Source of the DNA: Balanoglossus misakiensis
Lineage: Eukaryota > Animalia > Hemichordata
Assembly: GCA_040954595.2 (NCBI GenBank)
Contig: CM082587.2
Span: 10,545,403-10,609,402, forward strand
Direction of reading: 5' to 3'
DNA: 64,000 bases
Position numbers and translations under genes: made by a program
Shown here: one piece after another, positions 1-12,951 of the stretch
Layout of the letters: each line of letters opens with the position of its first letter
Position numbering within the stretch: the first letter of the stretch is position 1
Notes under the pieces: model-generated
Database searches by the model: none
Told to the model about the DNA's origin: nothing
What the model saw: the letters and a program-made list of their open reading frames with translations, nothing else

Positions 1-3000
1 TGTTGACGCAAAGGTTGACCCCACCAAACACTCAAAATTGATGGGCACGACACTGGCCACTAGCTCTGCATGGCCTGGTTAATCAATGTTGACGCAAAGG
101 TTGACCCCACCAAACACTCAAAATTGATGGGCACGACACTGGCCACTAGCTCTGCATGGCCTGGTTAATCAATGTTGACGCAAAGGTTGACCCCACCAAA
201 CACTCGAAATTGATGGGCACGACACTGGCCACTAGCTCTGCATGGCCTGGTTAATCAATGTTGACGCAAAGGTTGACCCCCACCAAACACTCGAAATTGA
301 TGGGCACGACACTGGCCACTAGCTCTGCATGGCCTGGTTAATCAATGTTGACGCAAAGGTTGACCCCACCAAACACTCAAAATTGATGGGCACGACACTG
401 GCCACTAGCTCTGCATGGCCTGGTTAATCAATGTTGACGCAAAGGTTGACCCCACCAAACACTCAATATTGATGGGCACGACACTGGCCACTAGCTCTGC
501 ATGGCCTGGTTAATCAATGTTGACGCAAAGGTTGACCACATCAAACACTCAAAATTGATGGGCACGACACTGGCCACTAGCTCTGCATGGCCTGGTTAAT
601 CAATGTTGACGCAAAGGTTGACCCCACCAAACACTCAAAATTAATGGGCACGACACTGGCCACTAGCTCTGCATGGCCTGGTTAATCAATGTTGACGCAA
701 AGGTTGACCCCACCAAACACTCAAAATTAATAGGCACGACACTGGCCACTAGCTCTGCATGGCCTGGTTAATCAATGTTGACGCAAAGGTTGACCCCACC
801 AAACACTCAAAATTAATGGGCACGACACTGGCCACTAGCTCTGCATGGCCTGGTTAATCAATGTTGACGCAAAGGTTGACCACACCAAACACTCAAAATT
901 GATGGGCACGACACTGGCCACTAGCTCTGCATGGCCTGGTTAATCAATGTTGACGCAAAGGTTGACCCCACCAAACACTCAAAATTAATGGGCACGACAC
1001 TGGCCACTAGCTCTGCATGGCCTGGTTAATCAATGTTGACGCAAAGGTTGACCCCACCAAACACTCAAAATTAATAGGCACGACACTGGCCACTAGCTCT
1101 GCATGGCCTGGTTAATCAATGTTGACGCAAAGGTTGACCCCACCAAACACTCAAAATTAATGGGCACGACACTGGCCACTAGCTCTGCATGGCCTGGTTA
1201 ATCAATGTTGACGCAAAGGTTGACCCCACCAAACACTCAAAATTAATGGGCACGACACTGGCCACTAGCTCTGCATGGCCTGGTTAATCAATGTTGACGC
1301 AAGGGTTGACCCCACCAAACACTCAAAATTGATGGGCACGACACTGGCCACTAGCTCTGGCCTGGCTAATTAATGTTGACGCAAGGGTTGACCCCACCAA
1401 ACACTCAAAATTGATGGGCACGACACTGGCCACTAGCTCTGGCCTGGCTAATCAATGTTGACGCAAGGGTTGACCCCACCAAACACTCAAAATTGATGGG
1501 CACAACACTGGCCACTAGCTCTGGCCTGGCTAAACAATGTTGACGCAAGGGTTGACCCCACCAAACACTCAAAATTGATGGGCACGACACTGGCCACTAG
1601 CTCTGGCCTGGCTAATCAATGTTGACGCAAAGGTTGACCCCACCAAACACTCAAAATTACGGGCACGACACTGGCCACTTAAGCTCTGCATGGCCTGGTT
1701 AATGAATGTTGACGCAAAAGTTGACCCCACCAAACACTCAAAATTAATAGGCACGACACTGGCCACTAGCTCTGCATGGCCTGGTTAATCAATGTTGACG
1801 CAAAGGTTGACCCCACCAAACACTCAAAATTAATGGGCACAACACTGGCCACTAGCTCTGCATGGCCTGGTTAATCAATGTTGACGCAAAGGTTGACCCC
1901 ACCAAACACTCAAAATTAATGGGCACGACACTGGCCACTAGCTCTGCATGGCCTGGTTAATCAATGTTGACGCAAAGGTTGACCCCACCAAACACTCAAA
2001 ATTAATGGGCACGACACTGGCCACTAGCTCTGCATGGCCTGGTTAATCAATGTTGACGCAAAGGTTGACCCCACCAAACACTCAAAATTAATGGGCACGA
2101 CACTGGCCACTAGCTCTGCATGGCCTGGTTAATCAATGTTGACGCGAAGGTTGACCCCACCAAACACTCAAAATTGATGGGCTCGACACTGGCCACTAGC
2201 TCTGGCCTGGCTTATCAATGTTGACGCAAGGGTTGACCCCACCAAACACTCAAAATTGATGGGCACGACACTGGCCACTAGCTCTGGCCTGGCTAATCAA
2301 TGTTGACGCAAGGGTTGACCCCACCAAACACTCAAAATTGATGGGCACGACACTGGCCACTAGCTCTGGCCTGGCTAATCAATGTTGACGCAAGGGTTGA
2401 CCCCACCAAACTCTCAAAATTGATGGGCACGACACTGGCCACTAGCTCTGGCCTGGCTAATCAATGTTGACGCAAGGGTTGACCCCACCAAACACTCAAA
2501 ATTGATGGGCAAGACACTGGCCACTAGCTCTGGCCTGGCTAATCAATGTTGACGCAAAGGTTGACCCCACCAAACACTCAAAATTGATGGGCACGACACT
2601 GGCCACTAGCTCTGGCCTGGCTAATCAATGTTGACGCAAAGGTTGACCCAACCAAACACTCAAAATTGATGGGCACGACACTGGCCACTAGCTCTGGCCT
2701 GGCTAATCAATGTTGACGCAAAGGTTGACCCCACCAAACACTCAAAATTGATGGGCACGACACTGGCCACTAGCTCTGGCCTGGCTAATCAATGTTGACG
2801 CAAAGGTTGACCCCACCAAACACTCAAAATTAATAGGCACGACACTGGCCACTAGCTCTGCATGGCCTGGTTAATCAATGTTGACGCAAAGGTTGACCCC
2901 ACCAAACACTCAAAATTGATGGGCACGACACTGGCCACTAGCTCTGGCCTGGTTAATCAATGTTGACGCAAAGGTTGACCCCACCAAACACTCAAAATTG

Positions 3001-4015
3001 ATGGGCTCGACACTGGCCACTAGCTCTGGCCTGGCTTATCAATGTTGACGCAAGGGTTGACCCCACCAAACACTCAAAATTGATGGGCACGACACTGGCC
3101 ACTAGCTCTGGCCTGGCTAATCAATGTTGACGCAAGGGTTGACCCCACCAAACACTCAAAATTGATGGGCACGACACTGGCCACTAGCTCTGGCCTGGCT
3201 AATCAATGTTGACGCAAGGGTTGACCCCACCAAACACTCAAAATTGATGGGCACGACACTGGCCACTAGCTCTGGCCTGGCTAATCAATGTTGACGCAAG
3301 GGTTGACCCCACCAAACACTCAAAATTGATGGGCAAGACACTGGCCACTAGCTCTGGCCTGGCTAATCAATGTTGACGCAAAGGTTGACCCCACCAAACA
3401 CTCAAAATTGATGGGCACGACACTGGCCACTAGCTCTGGCCTGGCTAATCAATGTTGACGCAAAGGTTGACCCAACCAAACACTCAAAATTGATGGGCAC
3501 GACACTGGCCACTAGCTCTGGCCTGGCTAATCAATGTTGACGCAAAGGTTGACCCCACCAAACACTCAAAATTGATGGGCACGACACTGGCCACTAGCTC
3601 TGGCCTGGCTAATCAATGTTGACGCAAAGGTTGACCCCACCAAACACTCAAAATTAATAGGCACGACACTGGCCACTAGCTCTGCATGGCCTGGTTAATC
3701 AATGTTGACGCAAAGGTTGACCCCACCAAACACTCAAAATTGATGGGCACGACACTGGCCACTAGCTCTGGCCTGGCTAATCAATGTTGACGCAAGGGTT
3801 GACCCCACCAAACACTCAAAATTGATGGGCACGACACTGGCCACTAGCTCTGGCCTGGCTAATCAATGTTGACGCAAGGGTTGACCCCACCAAACACTCA
3901 AAATTGATGGGCACGACACCCAGGCCACTAGCTCTGGCCTGGCTAATCAATGTTGACACAAAGGTTGACCCCACCAAACACTCAAAATTGATGGGCACGA
4001 CACTGGCCACTAGCT
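1..4015. repeat. Tandem satellite, 86-bp (A) and 82-bp (B) monomers, ~48 copies, runs off window start
   Basis: Unit TGTTGACGCAAAGGTTGACCCCACCAAACACTCAAAATTGATGGGCACGACACTGGCCACTAGCTCT(GCAT)GGCCTGG(T/C)TAATCAA repeated head-to-tail; B lacks the 4-bp GCAT. Confidence 0.98.
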
Positions 4016-4388
4016 AGATATTGTTTTCCACCAAGTTTTTGCCTTGTTTTCGACATTGTAAATGTGTATTCTTTTGTTGAAGTGATGCCGTGAAGTGTAG
4101 TGAAGTTTAATAGGTTTTTAATAGGTTTTTGAGGAGTTGTTGAAGTTTTTGTGATGACCACAAGAGAGACGGTCTGCTGATGAAGTCGAGATGTTTTAAT
4201 GACCGCAAGGGAGACGGTCTGGCGTATGAAAATGGCCCTTTGAGTTGGCATGTGAGTTCATACGAGGGACAAGAGAGAAGTCCCAGAGTGTAGTTGAAGT
4301 TGAGCGTGATTTTATTGTAGTCTTACGCATCCTTTCACATAAGAATTCGTGTCGTGGTTATTTTTGAACCTGACAGTATGATGAAGTG

Positions 4389-4800
4389 TATCTGTATCTG
4401 TATCTGTATCTGTATCTGTATAATACTGCAGAGTAACTCAGAAATTGAGCAGTAATCCTGCAGGTGCGCAAGGTGAATTTAGTCGTGATGACTAGTTATT
4501 CCTGAAAGACCAGTTTTAAAATGCTCTAGGTTTGTGCTAGTTACAATGTTATCAGGTAAGTGGTTCCAGTCAATAATGGTTCACGAAATGAAGGAGTGTT
4601 AACTGTGTAAGTATCTGTTTTGACATTGGTATGAACAGGGGTCTTGAGTGTGAATTACTGGATGTACGTGGGTTGAATTTAATATGACTTTCGGCTGGAG
4701 TTGCGATTTGGTTATTTACGATTTTGTACATAAGATGAAGCCGCTGTTCTCTCCTGCGATCAGATAGTGGTATTAAATTAAGATCTTTTAACATTCATTA
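4389..4800 (-). mobile_element. 5'-truncated LINE 3' end with (TACAGA)n microsatellite tail
   Basis: ORF 4570-4794 MLKDLNLIPLSDRRREQRLHLMYKIVNNQI resembles non-LTR ORF2 C-terminus; (TATCTG)n at 4389-4421 lies at its 3' end. Confidence 0.75.
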
Positions 4801-4899
4801 AATTCATTTTTACTGTTTATTACGAGCTTGTATTGCATTAGGATCCACTCTGAAATGCTCCGTACTTGGCGGTATTATCCGGAACCGTTATTGTGTTCG

Positions 4900-6115
4900 A
4901 GAGCATCTTTGGAATGTGCCTGCTCCGTTAGTACAGCAGTGAAGAGACTGTTTGTACGAAAGAACTATCAGACTTGATTTTTTACGCGGTTATTGACTGT
5001 TGAATTTTTCACTGGAAAAGAGACACTCTTTGACGAGAAGTCAGAACAGTGAAGTCGTTTTGAATTTTGACATTGAAAACGTTTTATGCGATTTTCTTTA
5101 ATTTGTTTGAACAGGCTGTGATATTTTAAAGGTGATTATTGAGTTTGATTTTGACGTAGTGTATTTAAAACCGATAGCGCAGATTTGGTTTTCGTTTTCA
5201 TTCTTTCTTTGATCGAACGTGGAAGTTCGATTATTGGAAAAGTGGGAAAGTGTCACGACTGAGTTTTAACGCTCACAGATCTTTTCTATGATTACGTAAG
5301 AAGTCATTCACTTGTATGGTTTTAGTCCAGTATTGACATAGGTACTTGACCCAGAGTAAACAAGATTGTGTAATTGATACATGTCAGAACGAGATAGAGA
5401 TATCACGCGCTAAGTTCATGTTTAAGATATATTAAGATGACGTGTTCCTTTTATGACTTAATACTTGACTAATGTATTAATAAGGTGTGGTGAAATTTGA
5501 GATCACACGTTTATCACCGGAGATCCGTGATAGGAGTCAACGAGCATTGATCGAGTCGTGTAATTCTTACGTGTGACCAGTAATAAACCAGAACTTTGTG
5601 TTACTCGGAAAACTTGTTGCAAGTCTCTGTCTACGAAAGGTTTACGATCTGCCGGGTACCTCTCTCGGACTTTATGAATATGTTGGGTGGAGAAGGAGAT
5701 GGAGAGAATGTACGCCGTCAGCCTTCGGACGTGGCTGATTCCCCACAGAAGCCGATGAGGTAAACGTCCGGAGGACGACCGGCCGTAACAACAAACTGCA
5801 TGAATTAAAGTTCAACAATCCTTAGAAGACAGGAACGTCAGAGGTTGAATCTTGATGGGAAAAGGCGAGGTATCGCTGGTTATCATCGGCGTACTGATGA
5901 AATTGTAGGATGTGGGGACGAATCGGTTTACTATAAAGTGGGGCTATATAAATGGTGAACAACAGAGGGGCAGTGGCACCCCGTATACGAGAGGTGACTG
6001 TGAACTTGCAGTGTTTTCGATGATTACAGTTTGATATCTATATTGAAGGTAAGATGTAAACCATGTTAGTACTGTGTCTGAGATGCCAAGGTTCGATAGT
6101 CTACAAAGAAGTATC
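4900..6115 (-). mobile_element. Degenerate L2/CR1-group LINE reverse transcriptase fragment
   Basis: HGILLCRLSNLGISDTVLTWFTSYLQYRYQTV..YGVP (ORF 5944-6126) and catalytic HQYADD encoded at 5882-5899 on minus strand; downstream frames broken. Confidence 0.8.
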
Positions 6116-7867
6116 CCGTGATGCAAATGTACAACTGAAGAAAAAAGGAATCACAAATCTTAAAACTAAGATGCCGTTAAGAATTAAATTTCGCGAAAAG
6201 GAAGTGACGAAATACGTACATTTTCAGGTGCTCTACAACAAGTAGTCTCCCTATCATCCCTATTGGAGCATGCAGCTAAAATTTACCATGACGTCATTGA
6301 TTCTACGCGAACGTTTTTCTAATAGCGATAAACATATTTTGTATAAATTGTGCTCAAACGCCCGTGAATCTCACTCGTAAAAATTCACAAGTGGCGCATA
6401 CAACACTAGGAAGAAAATTTTTTAGCAGTCTATAGAGTTTGTGACCTGAGATTTGGAAGTAAAAGTTAAACTTAAAAGTTGAGACAGAAGTGATTGAAGA
6501 GTAAAGAAACTTTTGAAGTGTTAAGAAAGTTATCGCATTCCTGATGAAAAGAAAAGAAAATACAATACATTCATTGTTTTAAGGAACACAAGGAAGACAA
6601 GTACTATGCAATCAGAGTATGCATGGATCATTCATCTAAAAATATATCTCCGCGTCTTTTGGCGGGTAAAAATAAAATGCTGGAACGGTCTTTTGGATGG
6701 CGGACTATTTGTGTCCTTCTTGTCCTCAGAACGCAAGTGGTCGAGTAGGTTTATTTCATTAAATTCTTATATTCTCAGTTGCTACCATAAATACCCAGTG
6801 TTCGTGTCGATGTATCTGGACGTCAGCACGATTCCATATAGGTACCTCTCAGTATTAGCCAAGCGAGTTATCCCCATCGATAGAGTTTAATTCCCCGTTA
6901 CATTCCCAACACCAATCCTCCCGCGTGACATTGAGGTTGAAGGTATACAAGCCTTAGGAATCATGCAACCATCCAGAAAGTGTAATAAATTTTGAAGCTA
7001 TGATGTGAGTTTTCAGTTCGTTTCTTCTTTTGATTTGTTGATGTAACATTGTGCGTTTTAAATAAAAGATAAAAAAATGTACAGCAATGACGTCACAAAA
7101 TTCACTGGTATTGATAAAGCTATATTATATCATATATGATATGTGTTAAATACTACCGTATCTCATTATTGCAGTATTTCGTGCTTTAACACAAAATACG
7201 CGAATAGGGTTTAATACAAAACTAAATGACACAATTTCTGTTTCTTTGCCAAAATTCTTAATCACAAGATCAACCCATCATTACGCCTCTACTCTATTGC
7301 TAAGAGAAACCAGCGTCCGTAACATGCATTGTGAAACCCCTTAACAACATGCATGTCAACACTTCATTTTTTCTCCAGCATTGTCAGTTTGGTACCCTGA
7401 CAACTCACGGGGCATCATGGGACAATATTAAAGCTGATTCAGTGTTTATGTGCATAAAACACACGGCGGTGGAAACATTCGTTTTAAATTATTGTGGACG
7501 CGCGCACGCCCTTGTCTGTGTACAGGTACTTGATGCTTGTCTACAGTCACGTGAAACGCTGTTGGTAGTACCCTAGAAGATAGATGTCTTTAATCAGAAC
7601 TTTGGTAAGGAAGGTTTGAGAAGTCCATTCTATGTAAAGAAAGTTTAAGAAGTGTGTTACCAAAGGGTGTGGGGGTGGCTGGGGGTCATCAATATATCAC
7701 TCTGCATCACGTTCACAGAAAAGGTCGCGACACGCCCACAAATTCACTCACGACTTGCGTCACCGGTTACAGGAGTTCGTACAAAAGTGTGGTTTATGCA
7801 CATTTACACTGAATCAGTTTTTTTGGCCCATGATGCCCATGGGCCAATACAGGCCACGATGCCTCCA

Positions 7868-7925
7868 GAATGATGATGGCAATGATGGTGATGATGATGA
7901 TTGTGGTGGTGGTGGTGGTGGTGAT
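7868..7925. repeat. (GAT)n/(GGT)n microsatellite followed by pyrimidine-rich low-complexity tract to ~8110
   Basis: Direct reading. Confidence 0.85.
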
Positions 7926-8757
7926 TGAGCTTTAATTTCCCTTTCTTCCTGTCTAACCACTTCCTCTCTCACCTTCACTTATTCGGTCTCTCCCCTCCCC
8001 TTCTGTCAAAGTCCTCCCCTCATTCCCTTTCCATCCTGACATTCTCATTTCCGCCCTCTTGCTTTTCTTCTCCTTTTTCACATTCCTTTTCTCACCTCTC
8101 TCCCCCCTCCGTAACATGTTATGTAATATATAAAGTAAAAAAGTCCAAAGCATGATGTTATCACAGATGACATTTGGAATGTATTATTGTACTATCTGGT
8201 TTAATTTCAAACATAGTGGAGTTATTTATTGGCCAGTATTTAAGCATGTTTAAAGAAGTCAAAAAGCATAATAGGCACATTTCATATCAAACAAAATTGA
8301 CCAAATAAGCTCAAAAGAGGATTTGAACAATTTGTCCCTTTAAGTAATGTTCAATATTGGATTTACACTTGTGATTGTATGTCATCTCCCTTTTGTTAGA
8401 AACCTCAGTCATATAATAAACAGGTGACCTGACAATCATTTGAAATACCAAACTTCGGCAGCTATTCCAGTTTGGTCCAAAAAATTGTGTCGAGCCATCT
8501 AATTTTAACTGGCACCTCAACTTTAGGACTATTATGGATGTTGCTGAAACTTGAAGTGGGCTGCTTGTGAAGAGGAAGACGTGGAGTGTCTCTCAGACTC
8601 CCTGCGCTCAGTCAGAGATAAAGTCAAAATATGGATTTGACTTGCAACAGTAATTTGTTAGTTAAGTCAAATTCAACTTAAATCTGTCTCTTTGGGTCAG
8701 TCTTAACGGGTGTAGCATGCTGGAAGGGTGTGCTTACCCATTTCCGACACCTAGTAC

Positions 8758-9206
8758 CACAGGGGGCTGCAAACATGAAAGTTATAAATGGCGAAGTACG
8801 TTCCATTCTGCGTTTTCCCAACCTGTCTTATCATTTGCTAATCCAGAATAAAAGCTATCCATTTCCCATTAATCACCTGCTAACGACTTAATCTGTGTGC
8901 CCCATCCACGGATTAAGTTAATAAAGTAAACATCGGTCAGCGAGTACTGGGTATTCTCTTACCAAGTGAGAACTGACCGATGTTTACTTAATCCACTAAA
9001 TCCGTGGATGGGGCACACAGATTAAGTCGTTAGCAGGTGCTTAATGGGAAATGCAATAGCCTTTATTCTGGATTAGCAACTGCTAAGACAGGTGGAGGTA
9101 ACACAGAAAAATAAACAAGCACAAAGACTGTTCATCAATTAATGTTTATTGGGGGAAAATGCAGGAACTCCGCCATTTATAACTTTCATGTTTGCAGCCC
9201 CCTGTG
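8758..9206. mobile_element. Foldback/MITE-like non-autonomous DNA element
   Basis: TIR CACAGGGGGCTGCAAACATGAAAGTTATAAATGGCG...CGCCATTTATAACTTTCATGTTTGCAGCCCCCTGTG plus inner inverted arms ~8820-8940/8972-9095. Confidence 0.85.
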
Positions 9207-10845
9207 CGAGTACTACCACTTAGCAGTGGTTCAAGATGATCCTGTTGAAATTGTAAGTTTTTCACTTATTTCTTTTTTGAACCTGGACCTGGTAATTAGC
9301 TTAGCTTGAGTAATATTGATTATTGGACCTGGTTTGATGTCTTATTATAACAACTACAGAAGAATCTCTGGACACAGTGAAATACACTCCAGGGTTATGG
9401 TAATGACTGACAAATTGTCAGTTTAAAAAAGTAGACAAAGAACTCAATTAAATATAATAATAAAAACATGCTTTTAATATAAGGAAAAGGTACAATTGAT
9501 ATACTTGTAATTAAAACATAAATATAATGATGAAATTCTTCAACTGTTCTGTAGTTGCACCAGTATTTGTATAAGCTAAAAATGTTGACTTCTGGCAGGA
9601 CAACTCTAACAGATATTAAACTTATTTATAGTACTTCCACTTCATGACTTTGTTCAAAAATTTCCCAAACTTATTTCATTGTTGATGAGTTGTCATCTCA
9701 GAACAACACAAAAAGGAACAGTTTGTATAAAAAAGTAATTTTGCATGAATCTTAAACATACATGCACAAGTTGAGTGAATAACACAACATAATCATATTC
9801 TACAATGAATTACAATATCAAGATTAAGGGTTTCACATATGACATTACATTGCTACATTTTATATACATGAATTTAATTTGAAAAATGTCCATTGATCTA
9901 TAACACCATGAATAATATAAAAATATGCGAATAAATACTTTGAATTATTATATATACATGTCAGGTCTCAAAGTGAGTAACTATATTTTCATTCACCTAT
10001 GAACTGGTTATTAACCAAATGAAATGATAGGATCTTTTATTTTGAGGATCTTATAATTGTGATCATACACATCCATATTCCAAAATTCGCATGCCAAACA
10101 AATATCAGATTTATACGGCCAGTTGTAAAGACAGTACAAGGGGCAAAAAAATTGATAATAGTTAATCATCATCTCCCTTCTTTTACAGTCTTGGAGAATG
10201 GTAACGGTTGAAGTCAAATTAAAGAAAAATATCAAGAAAAATATCAAAATTTGAAGCACTAATTCAGGAGGATATATAACATCGGGAGGTAGTCACTGAA
10301 TATATTGAGAGAAATAATTCATAATCTATGCATTTGGATGAAAAGACCTTCTATCTGATCAAGTTAAGGATAAATGCTGCTATGTATGAATACAGAAGCA
10401 AGTCAGCATGCAAAGGGAGAGCTGAATTGGTACACTGTTAAATTTGTCCTCCAAATTCAACACAAATATGTTGTTGTTTAGGAATTCTCGTATTATCATA
10501 TCTTTCTCTTTACACAATACCTTATAATAAGTCATAACAAATTTTTAAGGAAAATTCTTTAAAATATGTAAAATATATAGCCTTATAACCAACATACTTT
10601 AAAGATGATTATTTATGATCATTTCATTCAGATGTTGCTAAGAGTGTAATAATAAAGATCTGTTTCACTCCAACCAATTTAATGTGCGCTTATCACAGTA
10701 CTGTCGTCTGACAAAGCATAACTATTATTGTTATCATTTATGGGATTATACCAAGCTTATCACAGTACTGTGTCAACTCACAAAATGAAAACCATTCTAG
10801 TTATCATTTGAATTATACCATACATGTACACACAGAGATGGCACA

Positions 10846-11109
10846 TTAGAAGTATCTGTCTCCGTGACTCTCATGAAATAGTTCATTTCTACTCTTAAGA
10901 GGGCTTGGTCTCCATTCCTCACTTCCACTGGCACTACCACTGTCGCCACTATACATGGGATTGTAGTGATAGATTTCTCTGAAGGCTTCCTCATCTTCCA
11001 CACTTTCCCCTGCCTTGCTATCAACATCATCTGTATCATCAAACCAATGGATATCCATAGATGCCTCTTGTTCTTCCCAGCCCGGATGTTTCTTCCTCCA
11101 AGAGCACAC
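10846..11109 (-). CDS. Probable terminal exon: acidic cytoplasmic tail with NPxY (YNPMY) motif
   Basis: ORF ..DDTDDVDSK..EEAFREIYHYNPMYSGDS..RYF*; ttcag acceptor at 11110-11114; phase does not match the TM exon. Confidence 0.55.
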   Translation of the reverse strand: MCSWRKKHPGWEEQEASMDIHWFDDTDDVDSKAGESVEDEEAFREIYHYNPMYSGDSGSASGSEEWRPSPLKSRNELFHESHGDRYF

Positions 11110-11455
11110 CTGAATGTCAAGAACATCATCAATGTGGGATTTGTTGAGATGTGGTTACTACTGTAGAATATCGCAGGTGGTTGTTGGACACTTTGCGGTC
11201 TGGTCGCGTGACTTTGCCTTGTTAGCCGCCATGCATGTTGAACGCAAATTATACCATGATGCACTGCAGTTACCCTATACGCGAATAGGTCTATGCATGA
11301 ACTCTTTGAATAAATTTGCTTCCACGATACAGATGAGATTATTTTTCACGTTGCCTCATGCATGTATGGAAAGATACAGGTAAATTCCCAGTTTTCTGAT
11401 GGGCAACATTTCTACAGCTGTCTCGATTCTACTCTGGTAGTACTAAATAACTTAC

Positions 11456-11552
11456 CGTTGGTACATGAGTAACATTATTACACCAAGCACTAACACAGCC
11501 GCTAAACCTCCCGCAACACCACCAATGATGACAGCTGTGTCAACGGAGGAAT
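11456..11552 (-). CDS. Transmembrane exon
   Basis: DSSVDTAVIIGGVAGGLAAVLVLGVIMLLMYQR flanked by cag/gtaag. Confidence 0.9.
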
Positions 11553-11819
11553 CTGTAAGAGTTTAAATATTTCTATTTGTCACGGGGGCGATATGCTATG
11601 ATAAAAGCAAGAAAACCATTCATTATGATGCTTAACTATTGTAAAATGGTTAGTTGACCAAAAATCTAGTTATACTGCAGATGTTGCAGTTTCACCATTT
11701 TCACAAATATTTTCAAGACAACGTAAACTGTAATCATGTAGATCAAACAAATGTGTAAACTTTAGTGAATATTGTTTTTTAATCTTGAGTTATTAAAAGA
11801 CAAAGAAATGTATACACAC

Positions 11820-12383
11820 CTTTAACTTTCATTGGTATTCTCTGGCGGCAAGTTTCACCTTGATATTCATCAGTACATTCACAAACAGGATTGCCATCAC
11901 TGTCCTTGATGCAAACAGCATTGTTTGAGCAGAACCCTTCACATTTGTCTAGACACAAGAATAAAATCACATCACATTATTCTACCTGACGAACCATTTG
12001 TATTAGACAAGAACTAAACCCACTTGTAGATTGATTTCTTACAAACGGAATGGAAGTTGTGTGCTGTCGAACGTTGATTCACTATATATCCACATGTACC
12101 GGGTGAATAACATAAACAGTGTCTTGTATCAAACATAATTAATGGAAAAAGGGCAGCAAGAGAGATACTTTGTCCCTTTAATAGCATAAAATCAACAGTA
12201 GTGTCTACGTTTTAGCTGTACATATTTCTGTTGACATTTCAGTTGTAGATAGTTACATACCTGTACAAGTTATTCCATCACCAGTGAAACCAGTTTTGCA
12301 AGTGCATTCATATCCTGGTACAAGATTCCTGCAAGTGGCATTTGGGTGACAGTCATCCAGACCAAGACGACATTCATGTGCAT
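11820..12383 (-). CDS. Two juxtamembrane EGF-like exons (~12261-12383, ~11820-11948)
   Basis: DAHECRLGLDDCHPNATCRNLVPGYECTCKTGFTGDGITC; DKCEGFCSNNAVCIKDSDGNPVCECTDEYQGETC. Confidence 0.88.
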
Positions 12384-12463
12384 CTAGAAAACAAAAATTC
12401 TTGCAATGTCTTTAACTGACCACCAAATAAAACTATGGGATCTTCATACATATCACCAGTTAA

Positions 12464-12646
12464 AGGTATACGGTCACCTATGGAAAATTAGCTATAGTTA
12501 CCATGGCAAAAGGAGATCTAGCCAATCACAGATTTTCAGTGGGTGGCACATGCAAAAAAGAGCGCCACCATATGTTCTTTAGAACTCTCATATACTCCAT
12601 TTCAGCCATATATGGGCGTTTGTAAATTGGAGGTGACTGTATACCT
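12464..12646. mobile_element. Non-autonomous TIR element with TTAA target duplication (Kolobok-like); partial related copy ~25400-25477
   Basis: TTAA|AGGTATACGGTCACC...GGTGACTGTATACCT|TTAA. Confidence 0.75.
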
Positions 12647-12951
12647 TTAAGTTAGATGACTACCCAGATGCAGTGCATGGTTATCACATTCCATAGCCTA
12701 ACATGTAGAATTCTGAGAAAACAGTATTACAATATTGTTATTTCCGTGAAATTTTCAGAAAAGGTGTTAAAAGAGGAGCATTATTAAATTATATAAAAAT
12801 ATTGGATCACACAACATATCAAATGATACTCTAAATAAAGAAGAAAATTTCTTATAATGAAGTGTTTGTGTCAGATTGAACAGTTAAGGTTGATCTCCAC
12901 AAGCACTTCATGCATGTTATCAGTTCTATGATTATGAAAAATTATTCCTAC

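Noticed and set aside
1-4015. CRISPR-like array or coding repeat (ORFs 1405-1766, 3816-4251)
   Set aside because: No unique spacers, eukaryotic context, and most units contain stops; the ORFs are chance read-throughs of the satellite
6115-7600. Short plus-strand ORFs and CpG-rich patches
   Set aside because: No recognisable domain or clear termini; probably old repeat debris that cannot be classified by eye
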